Source: Sphyrna mokarran (lineage: Eukaryota). From it: a stretch of 64,000 nucleotides of DNA. Where the stretch lies: NCBI GenBank assembly GCA_024679065.1, contig JAGIQG010000019.1, positions 15,996,001-16,060,000 of the forward strand, given 5' to 3'. The notes under the pieces were generated by a model. The model had not been told where the DNA came from. It made no database searches and worked only from the letters and a program-made list of their open reading frames with translations. Made by a program: the position numbers and the translations under genes. Positions 27,701 to 42,700 of this stretch are shown here, one piece after another (positions within the stretch are counted from its first letter, which is position 1; each line of letters begins with the position of its first letter).

Positions 27701-30700
27701 ATGGGTGTATTGTCACAATAATATTTCAGAACCTTTAATAATTAGCTTCCACAAGCAAACAACATTTGATACTTGTGAACTTGAATTTTGTGTTGTTGAG
27801 AACAGGTCAGTGACATTGTCATTCCTTCAGGCAACATACCTGAGGAACTGTCCTGAAGGGGAACCTCAGAATTTGAGTGAAGGAATTATTGCTGATATGC
27901 GAGATAGTTCATGGGTCATGTCTGATCCTTACTGAGTTGCAAGGAATTCCTGGTTAAGAATTTGACTATGATAGTGATGCTTATAGCTAAACATTTCCTG
28001 AGAAATGAATTGCAGTCATAGTGAATAAACACTCTGTGCTGCTCAGGGCCAACACCAACTTCAGGAACTGGAGGACCAACAACTTCAGAGACCACCATCA
28101 GTGGTGAGTTTCGATTTATTGTACTCATCACATGAATTTAATTTGTATGCTTCATGGGCTAATCTTGTTTCATATTATGTGTGCTCTCTCTGGCCAATGA
28201 CAATGACTGTGACAGGTACACCTTCTGTTTCTCAGAGCAGAATTACTGGTGAGCAGAGCTTCTTTTGTGTTATAAGATGCTGTTAGTTTGGTGCTATTGT
28301 CATTTTTAACTTTACCGTAGGTCTGCAGTTACATTGGACCTGCACCACATAGCAGGACAGTCACTCTGATAGTTCCTGAAATTGTGATTAAGAATAATTG
28401 AATGTATTTTCAGTGCCATACAATGTTTGCAATGCTAAGGTGTCCCAGACAAGGGACATGCTGTTGGTGTGTCACTGTAGTTCATTGTATATTCAGTCCA
28501 TTCAGATGGAAGGGTTTGAACGTGTACCAATTGAGTTGTTCATATTGCTTTGGATAAGCATCTTCTTGTTTGAATATGCTTGTTTTTGCTTTGGCCTGAT
28601 GGTAGAATGGTTAACAGTTAGGAATTATTAATTGCTTTTATTTCAGTTTTTATACACATGTATTTTTCACTATAGAAGCTGTAAGCATATGCATGTTGGT
28701 GTTTCGCTTGTATTATTGCTAATTGATGCATATTCATGTTGAGACTGGAAGAGGTTTTCATTGAACGGAAATTGGAACAGTAAGTGCTACCTGGCACAAT
28801 AGATGTTTTGTGTCATCAACTATAACATACAGAAGTGGACAGTATTATTCAATACGATTATTAATAATGCAGATTGTGCGGCATGCCATGAAGTCAACTT
28901 GAGACATGAATTGCACCATTTGTGAATTTAAAAAGACAGTGATATGGCAGACCATTCAAACTTTCCATAAGCAATCACGGATCCTGGTTTTGAAATTCTG
29001 CGTTGCCATTTTGGAAGCGTATATTGAAACTTAAAATTTGATTTGTTTACATTTTAAAGAGTTAGTATTTTGGTGCTATTAACTTCAGATCACTAAATCC
29101 ATTTATTCGCACAAATGATGATCAATAAGGCATCAGGAGATTTGAAATGTACGATAATGTGTTTTGTTTATCTGTGACCGAGAGGCCTACTGGAAAGCAT
29201 CTCGTTTGTAGACTTGCAGAATGACAGTGTGTTTTATTTTGATTTGGCAGTATGATAAACCTTGGTGGTGAAATTTTTGTGCAGATGGACAGAAATAACT
29301 ATTGTCTCCAACAGATTAAATTCAAAGCAGTAAATTTCAATATCGTAATGAATTCCTGATTGGAAGCGTCACTCGTTCAGTGGGATTTTTGAAAGACACA
29401 CCTTATTCTTTGGAAAATTAATGATTTAGTTACTGTTAAAATTTCACTTTCACTGGCAAATATTCTCCAAATAATTTTGACAAAATTTAGTGTCATATTT
29501 GCTGACCCCATGTTGAATTTTTTGTAATTACCTGAAAAGTAGCTGGTTTTTGCAGACAACTTGGTTGAGGAGCTGTTCTGAATAGTGAGTGCTGCATGTG
29601 TGGAAGGTTATAATTAATTTTGTAATTTGCGTACCAATATTTTCCTTTCTCTTTGCCATTTGAGGCTTTGACTAATATAATGATGCTAGGATGAGCAAAA
29701 AATCGTGGGAAACAATTGCAGCAGTAACAGATAATTATTCTGTACAAATTCTGCTTTCCTTTAGGGCCAACACCATTTACAGAAACTGGAAGAGCTACAA
29801 CTTCTGAGACTATTGTCAGCAGTGAGTATTGTTTTTGGCATTTTTGTCAGCTGAAATTAATTTAATGTTAAATTAATATCAAATTAAATTAAATTAATAT
29901 GGATAGGTTAATGTTGTTTCAAATTTGCTCCACTCCTTAGGGCCAACAGCAATGACTCCATCAGGTGTATCAATTGTTCCTGAGACAGCAATTACTGGTG
30001 AGTGGATCTCCTTACACATTATAACCTAATATTAATTTCGAGCTATTTGTAATTTAATGCTGTGCAGCATTTTTTCTCTTACCTTGAACTAGTACCAACT
30101 AGGATGATAGTAAATCCCATTGTTTCTGAAACGAAGTATAATGATGGGTGTATTCATTCATGTTGTCACAATAATATTTCAAAACCTTGAATAATTAGCT
30201 TTCACAAGCAAATAACATTTGAAACTTGTGAAATTTAACATCATGTTTTGTATTGAGATCTGGATAGGCTAAGTCAGTGGGCGAGGATCTGGCAGATGGA
30301 CTATAACGTTGGCAAGTGTGAGGTTATCCACTTTGGAAGAAATAATAGTAAAAGGAACTATTATTTAAGTGATGAAAGATTACAACATGCTGCAGTGCAG
30401 AGGAACCTTGGTGTCCTTGTACATGAATCGCAAAAGTCTGTTTGCAGGTGATCAAGAAAGCAAATGGAGTGTTGGCCTTTATCACGAGGGGGATGGAGTA
30501 TAAAAGCAGGAAGGTCTTGCTGTAATTGTACAAGGCACTGGTGAGGCCGCAACTGGAATACTGTGTGTAATTTTGGTCCCCTTATTTGTGAAAGGATATA
30601 TTGGCCTTGGAGGGAGTACAGAGAATGTTCATCAGGTTGATTCTGGAGATGAGGGGGTTAGCTTATGAGGGGAGATTGAGTAGATTGGTTCTGTGCGCGT

Positions 30701-33700
30701 TGGTATTTAGAAGGCTGAGGGGAGATCTTATAGAGACATATAAGATAATGAAGGGCCTAGACAAGGTAGAAGCAGAGAGATTATTTCCATTTAGAAAGAA
30801 AACAAGAGTTAGAGGGCACAGCTTCAAAATAAGCAAGGGTCAATTTTGAACAAAGTTGAGGAGGAACTTCTCCTATCAGAGAATAGTGAATCTTCGGAAT
30901 TCTCTGCCCATTAAAGCAGTGGACACTACATCATTAAATGTGTTTAAGTCACAAGTAGATAGATTTGTGACCAATAAGGGAATTAAGGGGTTATGGGGAG
31001 TCACTGGGTAAGTAGAACTGAACCACTATCAGATCAGCCATGATCTTTTTGAGTGGCGGGGCGGGCTTGAGGGTTAGATGGCCTACTCCTGCTCTTATTT
31101 CTTATGTGTTGTTGAGAGCGGGTCAGTTATATTGCTGTTTCTTCAGGCAATATGACTGAGAAATTGAATCTGAGTGAGAGAATTACTGCTGATCTGCGAG
31201 ATAGTTTATGGGTCATGTTTGATCCTTATTGAGGTGCAAGCAATGCATGGTTAAGAATTTGACTAAGATAATGATGCTTATAATTAAACATTCCCTTGGA
31301 AATGAATTGCAGTAGTAGTGAATAAATACTCCGTCCAAATGTCTGTGCTGTTTAGGGCCATCAAGAACTGCAGAAACTAGAGGATCAACCACATCAGAGA
31401 CCACCATCAGTAGTGAGTTATGGTTTTATTGTACCCGCCACATTAAATTAACTTGTGTGCTTAGTGGACAAATGTTGTTTCATATTATCTCTGCTCTCTA
31501 GGGCTAATGGCAATGACTGTGACAAGTACATTTCCTGTTTCTGTGGGCAGAATTACTGGTGAGCAGAGCTTCTTTCATGTTATAAGCTGCTGTTAGTTTT
31601 GTGCTATTTGTGAGTTTTAACACTACTGTAGGTGTATAGTTTTGTTGGACCTGCACCAGGTAGCAGGGCAATCACTCAGTTTCCGAAAGTGTAACTGACA
31701 ATGATTGAATGTATTCTCAGTGTCATATAATGTTTGCGATGCCAAGGTGTCCCAGGCAAGAGACATATTGTTGGTGCATCACTGCAGTTCACTGTATTTT
31801 CAGTCCGTTCGGATGGAAGGCTTTGAATGTGCACCAGTTCAGTTGTTCCATATTGCTTTCAGTAGGCATTTTTTGTTTGAATGTGCTAGTTTTTGCTTTG
31901 TCCTGATGGTAAATTGTTAACAGATAGGAATTAATGATTTCTTTATTTCACATTTGCTTCTCAATGCAGAAGACATGCATTTTGGTGTTTCACTTGCCTA
32001 ACTGCTATTGGATGTATATTCATGATAAGACAAAAGAGGTTTTCGTTGAATGGAAATTGGAACAGTAAATGCTACATGACACAGTAGATGTCTTGCATTA
32101 TCAATCATAACATTCAGAAGAGGACAGTGTTATTGAATGTGATTATTAATGATAATGCAGGTTGTGCAGCATGCCCTGAAGTCAATTTGAGATATGAATT
32201 GCAGCATTTGTGAATTTGAAAAGATAATAATAAGGAAGACTTTCCAAACATTAATGAGCGTGAGTATATCTGGTCTTGACGTTCTGCATTTCTGTTTTAG
32301 AAGTGTATATTGAAATTTAAAATTTGATATATTTACATTTGCATTTTGAAGAGCTAGGATTTTGGTGCTATTGGATTTAGCAATCTAAAGTCATTTATTC
32401 AAATCAGTGATGATTGGTAAGGGATCAGGAGATTTGAGATGTATAATAATACATGGTTTGTTTGTAACCAAAAGGCCGAATGGAAAGCATTTATAGATTT
32501 GCAGAATGACAAGAGTCTTTTGTTTTGGTTCGGCAGTGTGATAGGCCTTGCTGGTGAAATTTATATGCAGACATACAGATATAATTATTCCTTCAAATTT
32601 ATTTTGTTAGAAGCAGTAAGTTTCAATATCATAGTGAATTCCTGATCTGAAATGTCACCTGTGAGATTTTTGAAAGGCATACTATTCTTTGGAAAATAAA
32701 TGATTTAGTCACTATTAAAATTTTACTTTCACTGGCAAATAATATCCAAATAATTTTGAGAAAATTTAGTGTCATACTTGTTGACCCCATTTTGAATTTT
32801 TTTTAATTGCTTGAAAAGTAGCTGGTTTTAGAAAGCAACTTGGTCAAGGACCTATTCTGAATGGTAAGCACTGTATTTGTGGAAGGGAATGATTAATTTT
32901 ATACTTAGTGAATGGATATTTTCTTTTCTCCTTCGCAATGTGGAACCATTTGCCACTTGGGGCTTTGACTGACATAATGATGCTAAGATGAACAAAAAAT
33001 CTTGCAGCATGAATGAATAAATATTTATTTTGTACAAATTCTGCTTCTCTCTAGGGCCAATACCATTCACAGGAACTGGAAGACCGACAACTTCAGAGAC
33101 TACTGTCAGTGGTGAGTCTTGTCTTTAGCATTCTTGTCATCTGAAATTAATTGATTTGATTGGTAGATTAATATTGTTTCAAATTTGCTCGACTACATAG
33201 GGCCAACAGCAATGACTACATCAGGTGTACCAACTGTTCCCGTGACAGCAATTACCGGTGAGTGCATCTCCTAGCATGTTATAACCCGCTGGTAATTTCG
33301 AGCTGTACATAATTTAATGCTCTGCAGCATTTTTTCCTGTTACCTTGCACCAGTACCAACTAGGATGATAGTAATTCCCATTTGTTTCTGAAACTGGGAG
33401 TAATTATGGGTGTATCCATTCACATTGTCACAATAATATTTCAGAATCTTGAATAATTGGCTTTCTCAAGCAAATAAAGTTTGAAACTTGTGAAATTTAA
33501 CATTGTGTTGCTGAGAGCAGGTCAGTGATATTGTTGTTCCTTCAGGAAACATGGCTGAGCAAGTGTCCTGAAGAGAAACCTCAGCATTTGAGTAAGAGAA
33601 TTATTGCTGATTTGTGGTAGTCTATGGATCATGTTTGATCCTTACTGAGGTGCAAGCAATACCTAGTGAAAAATTTGACGAAGATAATGCTTATAATTAA

Positions 33701-36700
33701 ACGTTTCCTTGGAAATAAAATGCAGTAGTAGTAAGTAAATACTCTGTCCATAATCTATGCTGTTCAGGACCAACAACAGCTGCAGGAACTGGAGGACCAA
33801 CCACTTCAGAGACCACCGTCAGTGGTGAGTTTCAGTTTTATCAAACTGCCACATTAAATCAATTTGTGTGCTTTGTAGACTAATGTTGTTTCATCTTATC
33901 TCTGCTCCCTAGGCCCAATGGCAATGACTGTGACAGGTACATTTCCTGTTTCTGTGAGCAGAATTACTGGTGAGCAGAGCTTCTGTGATGTTATGAGCTG
34001 TTGTTAGTTTTGTGCTTTTTGTAATTTTTAGCCTACACTAGTAGGTACAGTTATGTTGGACCTGCACCAGGTAGCAGGGCAGTCAGTCAGATTGTTAGTT
34101 AAAGCTTCAGAAACTATGATTTAATAAATTCTCAGTGTCATACAATGTTTGCGATTCCAAGGTGTCGCAGCAAAGGGACATGTTGTTGGTGCGGCATTGC
34201 AATTTACTATTTTCAGTCCGTTTAGATGAAAAGGTTTGAATGTGTACCAGTTGAGTTGTTTCATGTTGCTTTTTGTCAGCAATGTGCTTGTTTTTGCTTT
34301 GTGCTGAATGTGAAATATTCAACAGATAGGAATTAGTGATGGGTTTATTTCAATTTTTATACACATTTGTTTCTCGGTGCAGAAACTGTAAACACATGCG
34401 TATTGGTTTTTCACTTGCCTGCTAATTGATGCATATTCATGTTGACACTGAAAGAGCCTTTCATGAATGGAAATTGGAATAGTAAATGCTACCTAATAGA
34501 GTAGATGTCTTGCATTATCAATTATAATGTTTGAAAAAGGCAGTGTTATTGAATATGATTATTGATCATAATGTAGGCTGTGTCAGTGATGTCCGCTTGA
34601 GACCCTGAATGGCAGCATTTAGGAATTTAAAAAGATGATAAACAATAAGGCAGATTGTCCAAACTTTAATGAGCACTAGAAGAGCTTGCTTTTAATATTC
34701 TGCATTGCTGTTTTGGAAGCATATATTGAAATTTAAAATTTAACATATTTTCATTTGCATTTTGAAGAGATAGGATTTTCTTGCTATTGAATTTAGATTA
34801 CTAAATGCAATTATTCACATGAACGATGATTGGTAAGGAACCTGGAGATTTGAGATGTACAACAATGCAAGATTTATCAGTGACCGAAAAGCCTACTGGA
34901 AAGGTCCTCATTCGTAGCCTTGTGGAATGACAGAACCTTTTATTTTGATTCGGCAGTATGATAGACCTTGCTGGTGAAATTTATATGCAGATGGACAGAC
35001 ATAATTATTCCTTCCAACAGAATAAATTCAAAGCGGTAAATTTCAGTATTGTAGTGAATTCCTGATCAGAAATGCCACTTGTTCAGTGGGATTTTGAAAG
35101 ACAAACTTTATTCTTTGGAAAACAAGTAATTTAGTCAGCTTTGAAATTTCACTTTTACTGGCAAATAACATCCAAATCATTTTGAGAAACTTTAATGCTA
35201 CATTTGCTGACTCTTATATTTTTTGTAATTACCTGATAAGTAGCTGGTTTTTGAAGGTAACTTGGTCCAGGAACTATTCTGAATGACAAGTGCTGCATTT
35301 GTGGAAAGGAATGATTAATTTTATAGATTGCATATGGATATGTTCATTTTTTTCTCTACAATGTGGAATGATTTGCCATTTGAGGCTTTGACTGACATAA
35401 TACTAAATTGAATAAAAATTCTTGGGAAACAATTGCAGCATGATGGAATAAATATGCTGTACAAATTCCACTTTTCTTTAGGATTGACACCATTCGCAGG
35501 AACTGGAAGACTTAGAACTTCAGGGACTACTGTCAGTGGTGAGTATTGTTTTTAGCATCCTCATCACCAGAAATTAATTTATTTGATTGGTAGATTAATA
35601 TTGTTTCAAATTTGCTCGATTACATAGGGCCAACAGCAATGACTCCATCAGGTGTACCACCTGTTTCCGTGACAGCAATTACTGGTGAGTAGATCTCCTT
35701 ACACATTATAACCTGATATTCATGTTGGGGAATTTGTAATTTAATACTCTGCAGCATTTTTTTCTAATACCTTGGACCAGCACCAAGTCAAATGATAGTA
35801 AATTGTTTCTGAGACGAAGATGGGTGTATTTTCTCATCGTCACAATAATATTTGAGAGCCTTAAATAATTAGCTTTCACAAGCAAACAGCATTAGAAACT
35901 TGGGAAATTTAACACTGTGTTGCTGAAAGCAGGTCATTGATATTGTTATTTCCTCGGTAATCTGTAAACTGTCTGTGCTGTTATATGCTCTGTCTGAGGC
36001 CAGTACTCTTCATTCACCTAACGAAGAACAGAAAACTCAAAAGCTTGTGAATTTACTATCAAATAAATTGGTTGGACTTAAACCTGATGTTGTCAGACTT
36101 CTTACTGTGATTCCCTCAGGCAACATGGCTGAGGAACTGATCTAAAGGGAAACCTCAATTAGAATGAGGGAACTATTTCTGATCTGCAAAATAGTTTATG
36201 GGTCATGTTTGATCCTTACTGAGGTGCAAGCAATTCCTAGTTAAGAATTTGACTAAGATAATGATACTTATAACTAAACTTTTCCTTGGAAATGAATTGC
36301 AGTAGTAGTACATAAATAATCCATCCCAATCTTCATGCTGTTTAGGACCAGCCAGAACTGCAGGAACTGGAGGACCAACAACTTCAGAGACCACCATTAG
36401 TGGTGAGTTTCAGTTTATTGTACTCACCACATGAAATTAATTTTTGTGCTTCCTGAACTAATGTTATTTCATATTATTTATGCTCTTAGGCCCAGTGGCA
36501 ATGACTGTGACAGGCACACTTCCTGTTTCAGAGAGCAGAATTACTGGTGAGCAGAGCTTCTTTCATGCTATAAGCTGCTGTTGGTTTTGTGCTATTTGTG
36601 GTTTTTAGCTCAACTATACATGTACAGTTACGTTGGACCTGCATGCGGGAGCAGCGCAATCACTCAGTTTCCAAAACTGTGATTAACAATCATTTGAATG

Positions 36701-39700
36701 TATTCTCAAATCCTTATAATGTTTGTGATGCCAAGGTGTGCCAGGCAAGGAACATGTTGGTGTGTCATTGCAGTTTTCAGTATTTTCAGTCTATTCAGAT
36801 GGAAGGGTTTGAATGTATATCATTTAAGTTTGTTCCATATTGCTGTTGATAACCATCATCTTGTTAGCATGTGCTTATTTTTGCTTTGTGGTGATGATAA
36901 AATGGTCAACAGATTGGAATTATTGATTGCTTTCTTTTAGTTTTTGTATATATTTGCTTCTCAGTTCTGAGACTGTAAAAACATGCATGTTGATGTTTCT
37001 CTTGTCTTATTGCTAATTGATGCATATTCATGTTGACACTGACAAAGCTTTTCATTGAAGGGAAATTGGAATATTAAGTGCTATCTGACAGAGTAGATGT
37101 CTTGCATTATTAAGTATAATGTTTGGGAGAGGATAGGGTCATTGAATATGATGATTGATGGAAATACAGGTTGTGCAACGTATCTGTGAAGTCAGCTTGG
37201 GACTGTGAATGGCAGCATTTACGAATTTAAACAAAAATAAGGCAGACTGTCCAAACTTTAATGAGCAGTCCGAAATGCTGGTTTTGACACTCTGCATTGC
37301 TGTTTTGGAAGCGTATATTGAAATTTAAAGTTTGATATATTTACATTTGCATTTTGAAGAGCTAGTATTTTGGTGCTATTGACTTCAGAACATTAAATCC
37401 ATGTATTCGCATGAACGATGATCGATAAAGCATCAGGAGATTTGAGATGTACAATTTTGCATGGTTTTTCTGTGACTGAAAGGACTAAGTTGTAGACTAG
37501 CAGAATGACAGACTGTGTTTGTTTTATTTTGATTTGGCAGTATGGATAAACTTTGCTGGTGAAATATATGAGGAGACAGATAGAAATAATTATTCCTTCC
37601 AACAGAATAAATTCAAAGCAGTAAATTTCAATATCATAATGAATTCTTGATGGGGAAATGACAGTGAGATTTTTGAAAGACACACCTTATTCTTTGGAAA
37701 ATAAATGATTTAGCCACTTTTAAAACTTCATTTTTACTGACAAATACTGTCCAAATAATTTTGGGAAAATTTAGTGTCACATTTGCTGACCCCATGTTGA
37801 AGTTTTTATAATTGCCTGAAAAGTAGCTGGGTTTTGAAAGCAACTTGGTCGAGGACCTTTTCTGAATGGTAAGCGCTGCATTTGTGGAAGTGAATAATTA
37901 ATTTTATAGTTTGCATTTGGATATTTTCCTTTTCCCTTCGCAATGTGGAAGCATTTGCCACTTGAGGATTTGACTGACATAATGATGCTAAGATGAATAA
38001 AAAAATCATGGGAAACAACTGCAGCAGTAATAAATAATTATTCTGTACAAATTCTCCTTTTGATTAGGGCCGACACCATTCACAGAAACTAGAACACCTA
38101 CAACTTCACAGACTACTGTCAGTGGTGAGTATTGTTTTTGGCATTTTCGTGTCTGAAATTAATTTATTTGATGGGTAGATTAATACTGTTCCAAATTTGC
38201 CCCACTACTTAGGGCCGACAGCAGTGACTCCATCAGGTGTACCAACTGTTCCTGAGACAGTAATTACTGGTGAGTGCATCTCCTTACACATTACACATTA
38301 TAGCCTGATATTAATATTGAGCAATTTGTAATTTAACACTCTGCAGCATTTTTTGATACCGTAGACTAGCACTAATTAGGATGATTGTAACTCTCATTTC
38401 TTCTGAAACAAAGATGGGTGTATTTTCTCATTGTTACAATAATATTGTATTAAGAGCCTTAAATAATTAGCTTTTACAAGAAAACAATATTGAAAACTTG
38501 TGAAATTTAATGTTGTTGTGTTGCTGAGAGCACGTCAATGATATTATTATTCCCTTAGCAACATGGCTGAGGAACTGTTCTGAAGGGAAACCTCAGAATT
38601 AGAGTGAGGGAATTATTGTGATATGCGAAATTGTTTCTGGATCATGTTTGATTCTTACTGAGGTGCCAGCAATTCCTAGTTAACAATTTGACTCAGATAA
38701 TGATGCTTATAACTAAACATTTCCTTGGAAATGAATTGGGGTAGTAGTACATGAATAATCCGTTCCAATTTTCATGCTGTTTAGGACCAACAAGAACTGC
38801 AGGAACTGGAGGACCAACAACTTTAGAGACCACCATTAGTGGTGAGTTTCAGTTTATTGTACTCACCACATGAAATTAATTTTTATGCTGCCTGGACTAA
38901 TGTTATTTCGTATTATTTCTGCTCCTAGGCCCAATGACAATGACTGTGACAGGTACACTTTCTGTTTCAGAGAGCAGAATTACTGGTGAGCAGAGCTTCT
39001 TTCATGTTAAAAGTTGCTGTTGGTTTTGTGCTGTTTGTGGTTTTTTTTTTGCTTGACCATACATTTACAATTACGTTGGATCTGCACGCGGAAGCAAGGC
39101 AGTCACTCAGACAGTTTCTGAAACTATGATTTAGCAATCATTGAAAATGTATCCTCAGTGCCATACGATGTTTGTGATCCCAAAGTGTCCAAGGCAAGTG
39201 ACATGTTGGTGCATCATTGCAGTTCTCTGTATTTTCAGTCCATTCAGTTGGAAAGGTTTGAATGTGTACCAGTTGAGTTGTTCCATATTGCTTTTGATAA
39301 GCATCTTCTTGTTTTTGCTTTGTGATAATGGTAGAATTGTCAACAGAAAGGAATTATTGATTGCCACCTTTCAGTTTTAGCATACATTTGCTTCTCAGTG
39401 CAGAGACTGTAAAAACATGCATGTTGGTGTTTCTCTTGTCTTATTGCTAATTGATACATATTCATGTTGACACTGACAGAGCTTTTCATTGAAGGGAAAT
39501 TGAAATATTAAGTGCTACCTGACAGAGTAGATATGCTTGATAATGCAAGACAACGTTTGGGAGAGGATAGTGTTATTGATTATGATTAGTGATTAAAAAT
39601 ATAGGTTGTGCAACGTAACAGAGAAGTCAGCTTGAGACTGTGAATGGCAGCATTTATCAATTTACAAAGATAATAATAAGGCAGACTGTCCATCTTTAAT

Positions 39701-42700
39701 GAGCAGTCATAGATGCTGGTTTTGACATTCTGCATCGCTGTTTTGGAAGCGTATATTGAAATTTAAAACTTGATATATTTACATTTTGTGTTTTGAAGAG
39801 GTAGGATTTTGGTGCTGTTGACTTCAGATCATTAAATCCATTCATTCGCATGAATGATGATCCAAAAAGCATCAGGAGATTTGGGATGTACAATAATGCA
39901 TTGTTTGTCTTTGACCAAAAGGCCGAATGGAAAGCACTTCATTTGTAGACTTGCAGAACGACAGAACCTTCAATTCTGATTCAGTAGTATGATAGATCTT
40001 GCTGGTGAAATTTATGTGCATATATAATTTTGGGAAGTTTTACTGCCACATTTGCTGACCCCATGTTGAAGTTTTTGTAACTGCCTGAAAAGCAGCTGAT
40101 TTTTGCAGTCAGCTTGGTCGAGGACCTGTTCTGAATGGTAAGCACTGCATTTGTGGTACGGAATAATTAATTTTGTAGTTTGCATATAGATATCTTCCTT
40201 TTTCCTTTGCAACGTGGAAGCATTTGCCCCTTGAGGCTTTGACTGACGTAGTGATGCTAAGATGAATTAAAAATCTTGGGAAGCAATTTCACTGTTAATG
40301 AATAGATATTCTGTACAAATTCTGCTCCTCTTTAGGGCCAACACCATTCACAGGAACTGGAGCTAGGAATCCTAGCTCTTCAAAACACAAGTGAAAATAT
40401 ATCAAATTTTAAATTTTGATATATGCTTCTAAAACAGAAATGCAAAATGTCAAAACTAGATATATCCGCGCTCATTAATGTTTGGAAATTCTTCCTTATT
40501 ATCTTTTCAAGTGCACAAACGTTGCAATTCATGGTCTCAAGTTGACTTCAGGGCATGCCGCACAACCTGCATTATTATTAATAATCGTATTCAATAACAC
40601 TCTCCTTGTCTGAATCTTAATTGATAATGCAAAACATCTACTGTGTCAACAGAAAGGAATTATTGATTGCCACCTTTCAGTTTTAGCACACGTTTGCTTC
40701 TCAGTGCAGAGACTGTAAAAACATGCATGTTGGTGTAACTTCAGAGACTACTGTCAGTGGTGAGTCTTGTTTTTAGCATCCTTGTCATCTGAAATTAATT
40801 GATTTGCTTGGTAGGTTAATATTGTTTCAAATTTGCTCAGTATCGTAGGGCCAACAGCAATGACACCATCAGGTGTCATGATGTAAAGATGCCGGCGTTG
40901 GATTGGAGTGGTAAGAACTCAGTAAGAATTTAGCAACACCAATTATTAATCCAACCGATTTATTTGATAGTAAAATAGCGAGCTTTCAACACTCCCGTGT
41001 CTTCATCAGGCAATTGCAGTGTTCTGGTCTGCAATAGCACACATCAGCACAGACAGTCAGAGATTGCTGATTAGAATGCGAATCCTTACATCTAACCTGC
41101 TATTCAAGTGTTAAAGTGGCTAACAATGTGTGTGAAGGGGATCCTGAGCATTGTTAGCCACTTTAACACTTGAATAGCAGGTTAGATGTAAGGATTCGCA
41201 TTCTAATCAGCAATCTCTGACTGTCTGTGCTGATGTGTGCTATTGCAGCCCAGAACACTGCACTTGCCTGATGAAGACACGGGAGTGTTGAAAGCTCGCT
41301 ATTTTACTATCAAATAAATCGGTTGGATTAATAATTGGTGTTGCTAAATTCTTACTGAGTTCTTACCATCAGGTGTACCAAGTATTCCTGAGACAGCAAT
41401 TACCGGTGATTAGATCACCTTAGATATTATAACCTGATGATAATTTGAGCTATTAGTAATTTAATACTCTGCAGCATTTTTTCTGTTAACTTGGACCAGC
41501 AACAACTTGGATGATAGCAACACCCATTGTTTCTGACACTGGGTGTAATGATGGGTGTATTAGTTCACATTGTGACAATAATGTTTCAGAATCTTGAATA
41601 ATTAGCTTTCACAAGCAAACAACAATTGAAACTTGTGAAATTTAATGTTGTGTTATTGAGAGCAGGTCAACAATATTGTTATTCCTTCAGTCAACATGGC
41701 TGAGGAACTGTTCTGAAGGGAAACGCCAGAATTTGAGTGAAGGAATTATTGCTGATCTCGATCATTTATGGGTCATGTTTTTTCCTTGCTGAGGTGCAAG
41801 CAATACCTGGTTAAGAATTTGACTAAGATAACAATGCTTATAATTAAACATTTCCTTGGAAATAAATTACAGTGGTAGTGAATAAATGCTCTGTCCAAAT
41901 GTCTGTGCTGTTTAGGGCCAACAAGAACTGCAGGAACTGGAGGACCAACCACTTCAGAGACCACCATCAGTGGTGAGTTTCAATTTAATCGTACTCACCA
42001 CATGAAATTAATTTGTGTGCTGTATGGACTCATCTTGTTTCCTATTATCCCTGCTCCCTAGGCCCAATGGGAATGACTGTGACTGGTACACTTCCTGTTT
42101 CTAGGAGCAGAATTACTGGTGAGCAGAACTTCTTTCATTTTAAAAAGCTGTTGTTAGTTTTGCATTATTTGTGATTTGTAACGTTACTTTAGGCCTACGG
42201 TTAGGTTGGGCCTGCACCAGGTAACAGGGCAGTCCCTCCGTTTCTGAAAATGCGAGTAATAATGATTGAATGTATTCTCAATGACATACGATGTTTTCAA
42301 TGCCAAGGTGTCCCAGGCAAGGGATGTGTTGTGGGTGCGTCATTGCAGTTCACTGCATTTTCAGCCCAATTGTTCCATATTGCTTTTGATCAGTATCCTT
42401 TTGTTTGAATGTGCTTGTTTTTGCTTTGTCCTGATATAAAATGGTTGACAGATAGGAATTAGAGTTTTATTTATTTTAGTTTTTCTACACATTTGCTTCT
42501 GAATGCAGAAGTTGTAAAGACGTGCATTTTGGTGTTTCACTTGCCTCACTGCTATTGGATGTATATTCATGTTTAGATGCAAGAGCTTTTCATTGAACAG
42601 AAATTGGAATAGTAAATGCTGCCTGACACAGTAGATGTCTTGCATTATCAATTATAAGATTCAGACAAGGAGAGTATTATTGAATACGATTATTAATAAT

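Larger units (their letters stand above)
40336..41405 (+). pseudogene. Interrupted exons A (40336-40361 / 40737-40759) and B (40849-40876 / 41365-41405)
   Basis: A is split by a templated insertion with an in-frame TGA. B is split by a Penelope insertion with a 12-bp TSD. Confidence 0.75.
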
